A stretch of 64,000 bases of DNA from Leptospiraceae bacterium. Its GTDB lineage: Bacteria > Spirochaetota > Leptospiria > Leptospirales > Leptonemataceae. The stretch is taken from NCBI GenBank assembly GCA_040217195.1, contig JAVJNR010000008.1, positions 540,198 to 604,197 of the forward strand. Reading direction: 5' to 3'. This document shows positions 48,810-58,795 of the stretch, one piece after another. Numbering within the stretch: position 1 is the stretch's first letter; the number at the start of each line of letters is the position of its first letter. The notes beneath the pieces are model-generated. The model saw only the letters and a program-made list of their open reading frames with translations, searched no databases and had not been told where the DNA came from. The position numbers and the translations under genes were made by a program.

Positions 48810-49477
48810 TAGTTGATCCCCCGGTACTCTTGGTGCTCTTTAAGGCGTCGCTCCACCACTGAATCCGGAACGGGTATCTTTCTTCTATGCCTTTCCTCGC
48901 GAATCAAAGAGTAATCGAATTTCCAGCCGGGATCCCATTGTCTGGCATTGGGAATTACCTGTTCCTGCCAGTCTTGCTTTCCTTTGGCGATGGTATCCTT
49001 GATGTAATCTTCTTTTTCACTCTTCCAGCGAGAGGGCACTTCTGCACGACGGGCCACCTCCAGAGTTTCCAGCACTGGAAAATCGCTAAAGAAATAGTCT
49101 GCGAATCCGTCCACGCTAATCGCAATACTGTTTTTTTGCTGTAGCTTTGGAATCTCGGTGGTAATCTCCGCTTCGGTTTCAAAAGAATCCACAACGTCCA
49201 GAATCTCCTGACATCCCCGGGCCCGTATGGGTTCTTTGATTTCCTGATAATGTTTCAGTCGCGCTGTTTCTCTGTCCTTTGCCAGTGCAATGGCATTTTT
49301 GATGTTAAGCTTCTCTCCAAAGAATTTTTTCTGATACTCTTCTTTTGTCTTTGCATCTCGCATCAATTCGTAGAGTGCTTTCTCTGTTTCATATGAATTC
49401 TTATACATGGGATTGCCCTCATATCGCTTCATTCGGGCATAATAGTATTCTGCATATTCCTTCTGGCGCTGATCCAT
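48809..49477 (-). CDS. hypothetical cytoplasmic protein (222 aa, Lys/Glu-rich helical)
   Basis: ATG start. Translationally coupled to the downstream 375-aa ORF. No motif recognised. Confidence 0.6.
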   Translation of the reverse strand: MDQRQKEYAEYYYARMKRYEGNPMYKNSYETEKALYELMRDAKTKEEYQKKFFGEKLNIKNAIALAKDRETARLKHYQEIKEPIRARGCQEILDVVDSFETEAEITTEIPKLQQKNSIAISVDGFADYFFSDFPVLETLEVARRAEVPSRWKSEKEDYIKDTIAKGKQDWQEQVIPNARQWDPGWKFDYSLIREERHRRKIPVPDSVVERRLKEHQEYRGIN

Positions 49478-49765
49478 GAAACGATTCTAGCGCCTGCGAT
49501 GAAATAGGTCCAGCGAAATTGAGATTTATGAATTCAGGATTGCAGAAGATACAATGATAACGTTGTATAAAACGGACATTTCGTCCCGGACGGACACTCT
49601 CAGATACAAAGAAAACTCGAAGTGAGGACCTGGTATCTACTGTTTCTTCCCGGTTTCAGGGCCGGTGTATTGATTGATGGGTTGAGGATTCCAGGGTTAA
49701 TTTCAGAATTCGATAAAGGAGTCCAGGGTCGATTCACAGATCGAACGAAGACCAGGGGAATGTAT

Positions 49766-50329
49766 TTACTCTAGAATGATTTCGCTCCAGTCTTCGTGAA
49801 CTGTCTCCATGTTAGATTCGATAAACTGACTTACCCGATGCCGGTCCAGGAAAGGAGGCTTCTCCTTCCAGTTATCCAGCTCGTCCAGTTTTTCAATCTG
49901 TATGCGATAGACTCCAAGGGTCAGAGGATTAAAAAGGTCTTCTATGTCCCGGAATGTGAGCTTAACCTGAATATCTGCTACCTGGTCATACTTATCTGCA
50001 ACGAACATGCATTCCATGAATCCGGCAATGTCCCGGCGACTGGACCTTATGGCTTCCTCCACAGAACGGGCCTCCGCGCCCAGAGAAACATTTAGATCTG
50101 TGTTAATTCTCCATCCCTTACCATTCCAGAAAATCTGAGACTTTCCGTAGTTCAGGAAATACCCGGGACTGCAAAGATTTGCCAGTTCTGAATAGAATTT
50201 CACTCCTTTGTCTTCCGTTGCAGTTGCGTACTCCTGAGCTTTTTCCAGAGTCGGGTTGCAGGAAACCAGGAGAGTCAGAGAGATAAGAAGGAAGGATGCT
50301 GTAATCAGGCGCATAGGACTATGGAACAT
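49766..50329 (-). CDS. hypothetical lipoprotein
   Basis: ATG 50329 gives MFHSPMRLITASFLLISLTLLVSC (lipobox). No family recognised. Confidence 0.55.
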   Translation of the reverse strand: MFHSPMRLITASFLLISLTLLVSCNPTLEKAQEYATATEDKGVKFYSELANLCSPGYFLNYGKSQIFWNGKGWRINTDLNVSLGAEARSVEEAIRSSRRDIAGFMECMFVADKYDQVADIQVKLTFRDIEDLFNPLTLGVYRIQIEKLDELDNWKEKPPFLDRHRVSQFIESNMETVHEDWSEIILE

Positions 50330-50425
50330 CGTTTTCCCATTTGTCAATCCGGAAGCTCAGAGATGGGCATCTTTTCTATGGTGGCGTTGGACTTGACACC
50401 GACCTCGCCGTGAACACTTTGCAGC

Positions 50426-51202
50426 ATGGCCGGAATAGGAAAAGAAATCAAGAATCAGATACTGGAAATCACATTCCAGATGAATGAAAAGAATACAGTC
50501 GATGCTACGTTTGGAAAGGACTTTGCCTCTATCCTGACCGATGCAGAAAAGGACCCTTCCGTTCGAGGAATGATCATTCGCGGAAGCAACGGATTCTTTT
50601 CCAATGGTTTTGAGCCAGACAGCTTCGTCGGAACATCGAAAAAAGAGATTGAGGCAGTGATTGGACCGGCTTTTCACATCTGTGGACAGGTACTGAACTT
50701 ACCCTTTCCGGTGGCCATGGTGCTCAACGGACATGCAATGGGTTATGGTGCCATTCTAAGTCTGTATGCAGATTTTCGTTACATGCAGAGCAAACAGGCC
50801 CGCTTCGGATTCCCGGAGATTAACATTGGACTTCCCATCCCTTCCGCTCCCGCATTGATGCTACAGGATATGACAGGGCGAACTATGACCAGGGATATGA
50901 TCCTGGGAAAGGCACTTAAAGCTGATCAGGCTCTGCAGGCTGGAATCATAGATGGAGTCTTTGACGATGAAGAATCCATGATGGACCGGGCCAGAAAGGA
51001 TATCTCAGCTCTATTCAAGTTCGCACGATCGACAGTTCGAATGAACCGGGAAATGATGTATGCCCGATACAAAGAAATCATTCCTCCTGCCATAGAGCAT
51101 GATATTGAGCTCGCATCCCATGCAATCATGGCCCCCGCCGGTCAGGAAGGCCTGGGAGCACTGAAAGAGGGGCGGCGCCCAGATTTCACAGCTGTAGAAT
51201 AG
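50426..51202 (+). CDS. enoyl-CoA hydratase/isomerase (crotonase) family protein
   Basis: Crotonase-fold pattern: GFFSNGFE, NGHAMGYGAILSLYAD and FPEINIGL. Confidence 0.75.
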   Translation: MAGIGKEIKNQILEITFQMNEKNTVDATFGKDFASILTDAEKDPSVRGMIIRGSNGFFSNGFEPDSFVGTSKKEIEAVIGPAFHICGQVLNLPFPVAMVLNGHAMGYGAILSLYADFRYMQSKQARFGFPEINIGLPIPSAPALMLQDMTGRTMTRDMILGKALKADQALQAGIIDGVFDDEESMMDRARKDISALFKFARSTVRMNREMMYARYKEIIPPAIEHDIELASHAIMAPAGQEGLGALKEGRRPDFTAVE

Positions 51203-51352
51203 AGAAATGGTTTCCAGGGCAGTGAGCTGACGCTTCCCGATTAAATCCAATGGAACTGTTTCGCACCAGTTGCCCTGGCTATTGCTGTGGCCCGGGCCTA
51301 CTTTTTCAGATTTCTGCAAACCCGCGACCAGGGAATTCTCAAAGAATCTCGG

Positions 51353-54300
51353 TCATTCCACCTCAATGGCTATGACAGCAATGTCATCATCAATCTCACC
51401 TGGCCCACCGGAGTAATCGATTAGCCGGTCCATTAGTTGCGTTAACCAGGCATGGATTTCAATCTCTGTTGATTCTGCAAAGCTGCGGACCAGTTCCTCC
51501 ATTCCAAAAAGTACCCCCTCTGGAGAGGAAGCCTCAAATGCACCGTCCGTATAGATAAAAACCCGGTCCCCGGATTCCAGCGAAACAGGTTGGCTCAATT
51601 CATAGGCACCATCCGTAAGCAGTCCCATGGGCCGTCCGAACGGTCTGTATTGCGCAATTTCTTTAGTAGATTTCTTCCAGTGCAACAAAGGTGGATGCCC
51701 TGCATTGGCCAGGTACAGAACCTTCTTCTCCAGATCGATTTGCAATGCACAGGCAGTTACAAATTCATGCCCAACGTTGCCATAAAGCATTTCGTTCAAG
51801 CCGGCCAGCAATTCATGCGGTAGAATGGATTCCTTGCCCTGGAATACGTATGCCATCTTGAGCACAGAGACAATCAGTGCTGCAGGTACTCCATGGCCGG
51901 ATACATCAGCGATGATCAAGGATAAACTCCTTTCATCTTGTTGAAAATCATAGAAATCACCTCCAACATTTACCATAGATCGATAGAGGTGCGCTATTTT
52001 AATCCCCTGCGGAGATGGCAGAGTTTCCGGAATAAGAGATTGCTGGATCATCCGTGCCATGGAGAGTTCATTCTGGATGACTGCCATGTCTGCCTGAGTT
52101 CTGGCCGCCTCTTTCAATGCCAGAATATTCTGGACTCGCGCACGAAGCTCCTCCGGCTCAAAAGGCTTGGCCAGATAATCGTTTGCCCCGCTGGCCAGAC
52201 CTTCTACTACATCCTGGGTTCTACTTCGCGCAGTCAGAAGGACAATGGGAAGGTCAGTGTAAGAATGGGACTGGCGAAGAATTCTGCAAACCTCATAACC
52301 GGTCAATCCAGGCATCATTACGTCCAGTAGAACCAGATCCACCGGACCAAATTCCTGCAGGGCCGTGAGCGCTTCCGTGCCGCTGGATGCCTCCAGAATT
52401 ACATGATTTTCTGCAGATAAGAAATTGCGTAATACCTGCAAATTCACAGGGTCATCGTCCACGACCAGAGTGCGAATTACACCGTTCCCACTTTGTTCCC
52501 GGACGCCATCATCCTCTATAACCTCGATTTCAGCCCGTGGCTGGTCCAGCGACCCTGTATCAATTGAATATACCTCTTTGGAATCGATTCCAGTGCTCCC
52601 GGAAGGAATCTGTAGAGGATGAACGGGCAAATCACTTTGCTCCACGGATGCCTGATTTTCTTTGCTAAATACCGGCAATGTGAAGCTGAATTCAGAACCG
52701 CGTCCCTGAGAAGAATTTACATCTATTTCACCACCATGAAGCAACACAAGGTGACGAGTGATGGAAAGCCCCAATCCGGTACCGCTGTATTTTCGACTTA
52801 TGGATCCGTCCGCCTGGGTGAATGATTCAAAAATTGCATCCTGACGATTTTCAGGTATTCCGATGCCGGTATCTCGAACACTGATTCGAACAAATTCGCC
52901 TTCTTCCAATGCCTCCACCTCAATCCGGCCCCGGTTCGTAAACTTGATTGCATTTCCGAGAAGATTAATCAGTATCTGGCTCAATCTTTCTGGATCGGCC
53001 AGGACGGCGGACACCTCTGATCGCCTGTGTATCAAATCTACTGGCTTATCTCGCAATAGGGGTCGCACCAGAGACAGAGCAACGTCCACAGCATCAGGCA
53101 CTTCAACTTTCCTGAGCTGCAACACCAGGTCTCCATGGTTGGCCCTGGAAAAATCCAGAATATCATTTACAAGGGTTGTGAGTCTCCGGCCACTGGCAGC
53201 CACAAGTCGCAAATTCTCTCTGGTCTGTTCGGAGATTTTGCCTGTGGCCCCCTGAAGCACAGATTCAGTAATTCCAATAATACCGTGCAAAGGAGTTCTC
53301 AGTTCATGGGATGTATTGGCAAGAAAATCATCCTTCAATTCGTCCAGCCTTTGTAAATCCCTGTTTTTTTCGCTCAATTCATGCGAAAGCTCCTCTACCC
53401 TGTTGAATGACCGGGCATATCGAAACGAAAGTAGCGCGGATTGCAGAAAAACGAATGCCAGCAGACTTGCCTCACCAAACTGAATCGTATTGATAGTTCC
53501 TCGGGCAGAGAGTACATCGTTCAGTACACCCAGAAATAATGGAATCCCTCCCATTAGAACGGCCAGACTGTTATCTCTATTCTGGTATACGGCTCTGCCG
53601 AGCATAAAGAGTCCGAAGGCTCCAGATAAAAGCATCTGTGCTTGATAATACCCCACTGACTGACTGAGGGTCAGTGAATCTAAAAAGAATGGAGTCAGAA
53701 GTAGAATCAGACCTGACACTCCAGAGATTATCAAACCTGGGCGGAAAATTGGATCTGGAAACAGACTCCATAAAAACATCAAAAAGAAAAATACGGATAA
53801 TGGAAGACTGCAGTATTCAAGAGAGAGATAGAAATGCCATCCAGGAAGTGCGAATTGATGAAAAAGAAACTCCTGACCTGTGGTCAGTGGACGAATTGCA
53901 ATTGATAAACAATGCAACCCAAAGAATGCCGGTGCATGAGTCCTCCTTCGCACAGCGAACATAAAGATATGATACAACCCAACGATGGAAAAAGCTCCGG
54001 CAAGGAATAAATCCCAGGATAGATCCAGACGTTCCCTTTCCAGAAGAAATTGTGCAGGACCCAGGCGAATTGGTTTACGGATGCCCCCTTCCCGGTAATG
54101 AAAGTTGGATACCGGAATAGTCAAATCCAGACTTTTTGTTTGCGACGGAAGGAATACCAGCCCTGAACGAGGACCGGCAATAGAACTGGCAGCCGTGCCT
54201 GGTTTCCCGCTCCGAATCAGCAGATGTCCGTCTGCATAAACGGCCCAGGCGGTGTAGATCCCTTCTATTCGAAGGGCCAACAAATCGGATGTTTCAGGCA

Positions 54301-54619
54301 AAAGAATTCGAAGATGATATGTACCAACCTTCTCTGGACCGGCTTTTCCCGGATAATCATTCCAGGGGCCCGGTATAGAAACAATTTCAGGCCTGATAGC
54401 TTCAGGCGGAGAGGATACAAGTATTCCCTCGTAATAAGCCCATTCTCCAGCCAGAGAAATGCTCCTGGAATCCAAGGCACTCTGTTGCAAATCCAGAACT
54501 CCATGCACTGCCACAACGTCCGATACTGTGGGCTCCCGACATCCCGTAGCCAGAAATGGAATAAGAAGCATCAAGGTCCGCAGCCGGGGAAGCATTCCTG
54601 ATAATCGGCTTCCGGGCAT
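51353..54619 (-). CDS. multidomain sensor: exported N-domain + 7 TM (7TMR-DISM-like) + histidine kinase + receiver + PP2C/SpoIIE phosphatase
   Basis: Lipobox-like FLATGC. About 170 aa extracytoplasmic, then 7 TM. H-box FLANTSHELRTPLHGI. N/G boxes NLLGNAIKFT, DTGIGI and GTGLGLSI. REC LVVDDDPVNL..LLDVMMPGLTG. PP2C GGDFYDF..IADVSGHGVPAAL. Confidence 0.85.
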   Translation of the reverse strand: MPGSRLSGMLPRLRTLMLLIPFLATGCREPTVSDVVAVHGVLDLQQSALDSRSISLAGEWAYYEGILVSSPPEAIRPEIVSIPGPWNDYPGKAGPEKVGTYHLRILLPETSDLLALRIEGIYTAWAVYADGHLLIRSGKPGTAASSIAGPRSGLVFLPSQTKSLDLTIPVSNFHYREGGIRKPIRLGPAQFLLERERLDLSWDLFLAGAFSIVGLYHIFMFAVRRRTHAPAFFGLHCLSIAIRPLTTGQEFLFHQFALPGWHFYLSLEYCSLPLSVFFFLMFLWSLFPDPIFRPGLIISGVSGLILLLTPFFLDSLTLSQSVGYYQAQMLLSGAFGLFMLGRAVYQNRDNSLAVLMGGIPLFLGVLNDVLSARGTINTIQFGEASLLAFVFLQSALLSFRYARSFNRVEELSHELSEKNRDLQRLDELKDDFLANTSHELRTPLHGIIGITESVLQGATGKISEQTRENLRLVAASGRRLTTLVNDILDFSRANHGDLVLQLRKVEVPDAVDVALSLVRPLLRDKPVDLIHRRSEVSAVLADPERLSQILINLLGNAIKFTNRGRIEVEALEEGEFVRISVRDTGIGIPENRQDAIFESFTQADGSISRKYSGTGLGLSITRHLVLLHGGEIDVNSSQGRGSEFSFTLPVFSKENQASVEQSDLPVHPLQIPSGSTGIDSKEVYSIDTGSLDQPRAEIEVIEDDGVREQSGNGVIRTLVVDDDPVNLQVLRNFLSAENHVILEASSGTEALTALQEFGPVDLVLLDVMMPGLTGYEVCRILRQSHSYTDLPIVLLTARSRTQDVVEGLASGANDYLAKPFEPEELRARVQNILALKEAARTQADMAVIQNELSMARMIQQSLIPETLPSPQGIKIAHLYRSMVNVGGDFYDFQQDERSLSLIIADVSGHGVPAALIVSVLKMAYVFQGKESILPHELLAGLNEMLYGNVGHEFVTACALQIDLEKKVLYLANAGHPPLLHWKKSTKEIAQYRPFGRPMGLLTDGAYELSQPVSLESGDRVFIYTDGAFEASSPEGVLFGMEELVRSFAESTEIEIHAWLTQLMDRLIDYSGGPGEIDDDIAVIAIEVE

Positions 54620-54703
54620 TTCAGGCAAGCCAAACGCGAATAAATGAGCGCTGAAAGAAGAAAGACCATAGACCTTGACCGTAATGCAGGGCTTCAGAGA
54701 TTA

Positions 54704-55642
54704 ATGATCCTGGTGCTTCGAAAATTACACATAGTGCTGATTTCATTGCTTTTCCTGAGCGGGAATGAACTTCGCTCCTGGCCATTAATTCAAAAAGAGT
54801 CCGAACAGAATCAAATACTTCGATTCCGATTCCAGGACGGAAACACATCCGTACAGATCTATGCTCTACTCTATGCCCCGGCCTTCGGTTTATCTGGCGG
54901 AGCGGGTATGGTAGTTTCAATCGTTCACGATGGGGAGCATACCACCGGCGGCTATCATTACATCTGGAATGACGTGGAGCTCACAGAGGAGCTGTTTTCA
55001 ATGGGCCCCCACTCTGTGCAGATGAATCGGAATAGATTTTTTGTTCGATTCCAGTCGAGAGATGTGGCGCTGAGTCTCCGCGCAGACAGAATGGAAACAG
55101 TCCCGGAAAAAGGATTCTCAATTGACCGTAAGGGTAATTCTTTGCTCAGCATTGAAGGAAGAAAATTTGCGCCGGACTCTGCGATCGATATGACGCTTTA
55201 CGGAAAAAGAATCCGGCTTCGTGGAAATGCTATGATAGATCACTGGAAGCTATCCAGGGATTTGCCAGATGATGTTGGCAGTATTCGCATTACAACATCC
55301 CTGAATGAAAAACCAATCTTACTTGCTCAGTCTAGTTTTCCGAAGGGCACAGATACCTATGTCCAGTACGGGCAAACCAAAAACACAGTTCTATTCCAGA
55401 ACCGAGCCACAGACGCAGAACCTCTGGATTGGCCCTATGAGTCAAAGTGCAGACTGAGGCTTCATATGGGTCCGGCCGTACATATTCTGGATCAGCAAAC
55501 AATTCCCTCGACCAGTCGTCTTTTGGGATTCTATCTGGGAAAAAGGCCCCGCATTGTATCCTACCGAAGTGTCCTATGGGATAAGTGCGGAGACTCGTCC
55601 ATTCGGGTTCCGGCCGAAACAACGATTGTCACACTAGAGTAA
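54704..55642 (+). CDS. hypothetical exported protein
   Basis: ATG 54704 gives the signal-like MILVLRKLHIVLISLLFLSG. The track ORF starts at 54644, only 24 bp from the divergent sensor start. No family recognised. Confidence 0.5.
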   Translation: MILVLRKLHIVLISLLFLSGNELRSWPLIQKESEQNQILRFRFQDGNTSVQIYALLYAPAFGLSGGAGMVVSIVHDGEHTTGGYHYIWNDVELTEELFSMGPHSVQMNRNRFFVRFQSRDVALSLRADRMETVPEKGFSIDRKGNSLLSIEGRKFAPDSAIDMTLYGKRIRLRGNAMIDHWKLSRDLPDDVGSIRITTSLNEKPILLAQSSFPKGTDTYVQYGQTKNTVLFQNRATDAEPLDWPYESKCRLRLHMGPAVHILDQQTIPSTSRLLGFYLGKRPRIVSYRSVLWDKCGDSSIRVPAETTIVTLE

Positions 55643-55680
55643 CCTCGGACTGGGCCGGACGATTGAAAAACTAGTTCGAA

Positions 55681-56127
55681 TCAGCTTTCCGCTTTACTTC
55701 TTTTTCCGGTGGCCTTGCTTTGAGTGGGGGCATTTTTGATGACGAATCGCTTGCCCTCCAGAAGCTGAAGCAAATCAAATGAACTGATCACCCCGGCCAG
55801 TTTCTTATCATCAATGACTACAAGATGGTGAATCTTATGCTTTCGCATCATTCGTGCGGCCAACTCTACATCCCCATACCGGGGTATGGTGTAGATCTTT
55901 TCTGTCATAAACTGTCCCACAGGCTTATTGTCGGATACCTTCTTGATGAGATCCGCAGAGGAAACCACTCCCAGAACCTCTCTTTCCGGACCAACTACCG
56001 GGACTATGTTTATCTTATTCTTTTCGAGCAGTTCACGAACGTGTCCTGCTGTCTGATGGGGCGTTACCGTGATTACACGGGACTTCATTATTTCGTCTAT
56101 CTTCAGGCTCATGTTTGGACCAGACAT
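55681..56127 (-). CDS. CBS-pair domain protein
   Basis: 148 aa with two CBS repeats (IMKSRVITVTPH..NIVPVVG and FMTEKIYTIP..HHLVVIDD..LAGVIS). Confidence 0.8.
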   Translation of the reverse strand: MSGPNMSLKIDEIMKSRVITVTPHQTAGHVRELLEKNKINIVPVVGPEREVLGVVSSADLIKKVSDNKPVGQFMTEKIYTIPRYGDVELAARMMRKHKIHHLVVIDDKKLAGVISSFDLLQLLEGKRFVIKNAPTQSKATGKRSKAES

Positions 56128-56635
56128 GGATTGAGCATATCCAGGTCAAGCGCGAATGCCATCAGAAAGCAATGAGCTTATCGCATCCCAATAACGATAC
56201 GGAAAACCCGGAACGAATTTTGAAGCAAGAGTTTTGCCGGGACCCGGACAAAAGCAAACCGGGATTTGAAAGCCGGGGAAATAGAAACATATCCACAATT
56301 CGCGCAAATGAAATCTGACTGTGCGTTCACTTACCTTTCCGGGAAGATGCTCTTTCGAGATATCCGCTGCAATTTGCCTGTTAAGGAAACCAATGGTGGT
56401 CAGGGCGCCATACCATCTAGCTCCCTTCTCTCTTAAACCGCCCCCCCTGGATGCAATGACGAATCTCTGGTACGCTAGATCTAAAACTTTGAAAAACAGT
56501 ATCATTGGCCCGAGATTCCCCTGTAGCCGTCTCCAATGCTTTTTTGCAGGACGCATCCATTAATCAGGGACGGATTCCAGAAACGACTGCCGGTTTTACC
56601 TTCTTTTACGCGGACAGGCCTCCGGTGATTCAGAT

Positions 56636-58795
56636 TTATGGAAACGTTGCATCCGCCTCACCTGGAGCGATTCTTTTATATATCCCATTTTCCCAGTTTT
56701 TCACATCGGATGCATACCACCTGGAAAAGCGACGATCCGAAGGGCCCCCGATGAGGTTTGTGTAGCAGACATCTGTTTCCATCTCTATAACTGTGCGAAT
56801 GGAAGGAGCAAAACTGGTGCGCCGGCCGGCGCTATTGTAAATCTGCCCTTGGTGGGGAGTAGCGCGGCCCCCTATTAAAGTAACGGGGCCCCGGTCAAAT
56901 CCCAGGAAAGAAGGCATTTTTCCGCCAAAAAGAATGTGGCTGAGTTTGATGGTCTGCGATTGCCCCCATTGCCGTGTCTTTTTCTGTAAGGACTTCCCAA
57001 TAACCCTGCGATATATCTCTTCTCTGGATTCTCCACCGAACCAGCTTGAATTCTCGGATAACAGTATTCGATCGAAATTAATATAGAAATCAATGAATGT
57101 ACCGGTTTCAGAAGCCAGAAAATCTACCACGTTTTCTCCAATACCTTTTCGCCCAAATACTTCCAGGTAAAGGTTTCGATAAATACTTTCGAATAAATGC
57201 GCACCTCTGGACTCCGCATTGTAGCGAAAGTCCCATTCGCGCAAAACAGCTGCCTCCTCTGTCTGTGGCAAAAGCGGACGAATAATCTGCATAAATTGTC
57301 TGGCCTGTGAAGACTCAACATCGTAATGTAAATCGAACATATCTTCTCTGGCAAAATCATCCCTGCCATTCAGGACTTCGGCAATTCGATCCGCTCGATA
57401 GGGCCCCATGGGCATGTTCAAGGGTTTGAGTTTGCCCCATTCGTTCAAATCCTGATTTGTGGTAATAAAGAATCCCTGATCCGGGTTTAAGATTCGAGGA
57501 AGATCTTTAGTGCTTGCGAACCCCTGCCAGTCATTTTCACTTTTCCATCCAGGAACTGGAAATAAGCCACTCCAATTTCCGTTTCGCAACGGCATCAAAC
57601 CGGACATTTGAAATCCTATATTTCCATCCCGATCCGCAAATACGAAGCTCCAGGAAGTTTCAACCCTTCCCAGAATATCCATACCCTGTTCCACCTTCTT
57701 TGCGTCCCACATTTCCAGGATTCGCGTAAGGGATGCACCGCCTGAATCGTTGCAGGCCCAGCGAGTGGCCAAGTAATTTCCCTCTTCGTAAGGATTTCCA
57801 TCCAGAACGCCATGATTATTCTCATAGAAGGTAACTTCATGGGAGGGCTTCTTCTTTCGCTTAATAACTTCTTTTCTATGCGAAAAATCCTGCCATCCAC
57901 TGTCTTCGCGAAAATACTTTCCATCTTTGCATTTCTCAACCCAGGAGTCCTCGGAATCCATAAAAGAATATGTAACTCCCCAGGACAGATCCGGATTCCT
58001 GCCGGTGAGCACGCCAGGTACTCCCGGCATACTACCACCCATTACGTACCGATCTTCTGTTCTAAGAACGATTTCCTGCCAGACATTGGGTATGCGATTG
58101 ATTTCCAGATGAGGATCATTACACAAAATGGGCTGTCCGGATGCAGTTTTCTTTCCTGAGATGACCCAGTTATTGGAGGCCATCATTCTTGGCAGACCGA
58201 TTTCCCACAGCCTACTACTTGGTACGATTCTTTCACCCAATTTGATGGACTGAATCAGTTCCAGATCCAGGCATTGCAGATGGCCTGCAAATAGTTCCTC
58301 CAGCATTTCGCGGGGAACTCCTGCCTGAACCATTTCAATGAGTAGTCTTTCCACTTCTCCCTGGGACTGGGAAAGCGTTAGATATCCAACCATGCGCGAA
58401 ATTAGAAAACTGTCCTCGATTTTCCAGGGCTCAAAAGGAACTCCTAGAAGTTTAAATTCCCAGGGCACTTTGCCATTGAAGCCTGCATTTGCGCCCTCAG
58501 CATAGGCTTGAAGACAGGCGCTGGAGAAATCTGTAAGTGCCTGAAATTGCTTTTGCATGCCTCCAGTCCAATTCATCTTGCGAAAGAAAATGTCGATGCC
58601 CAGCATCTCATCGCTGGAGTCCAGAAGCTCGCTGGCCCGGCCCTGCCCCAGGATTCGCATTAATATCATCTGCATTCCGCGATCAACGGCATGTACATAG
58701 CCCTGGCCATAGCAAAGATCCTCCATGGACTTTGCTGTAATGTGTGGAATCCCGCTGGCATCCCTTTTAATATCTATACTTTTGTTCTTGATCAT
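56636..58795 (-). CDS. penicillin/acyl-homoserine-lactone acylase family (S45 Ntn-hydrolase)
   Basis: The alpha-subunit start I.RD.SGIPHI.A...DL.YGQGYVHAVDR, and the autoprocessing/nucleophile site MASNNWVISGKKTASGQPILCNDPHL. Confidence 0.85.
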   Translation of the reverse strand: MIKNKSIDIKRDASGIPHITAKSMEDLCYGQGYVHAVDRGMQMILMRILGQGRASELLDSSDEMLGIDIFFRKMNWTGGMQKQFQALTDFSSACLQAYAEGANAGFNGKVPWEFKLLGVPFEPWKIEDSFLISRMVGYLTLSQSQGEVERLLIEMVQAGVPREMLEELFAGHLQCLDLELIQSIKLGERIVPSSRLWEIGLPRMMASNNWVISGKKTASGQPILCNDPHLEINRIPNVWQEIVLRTEDRYVMGGSMPGVPGVLTGRNPDLSWGVTYSFMDSEDSWVEKCKDGKYFREDSGWQDFSHRKEVIKRKKKPSHEVTFYENNHGVLDGNPYEEGNYLATRWACNDSGGASLTRILEMWDAKKVEQGMDILGRVETSWSFVFADRDGNIGFQMSGLMPLRNGNWSGLFPVPGWKSENDWQGFASTKDLPRILNPDQGFFITTNQDLNEWGKLKPLNMPMGPYRADRIAEVLNGRDDFAREDMFDLHYDVESSQARQFMQIIRPLLPQTEEAAVLREWDFRYNAESRGAHLFESIYRNLYLEVFGRKGIGENVVDFLASETGTFIDFYINFDRILLSENSSWFGGESREEIYRRVIGKSLQKKTRQWGQSQTIKLSHILFGGKMPSFLGFDRGPVTLIGGRATPHQGQIYNSAGRRTSFAPSIRTVIEMETDVCYTNLIGGPSDRRFSRWYASDVKNWENGIYKRIAPGEADATFP

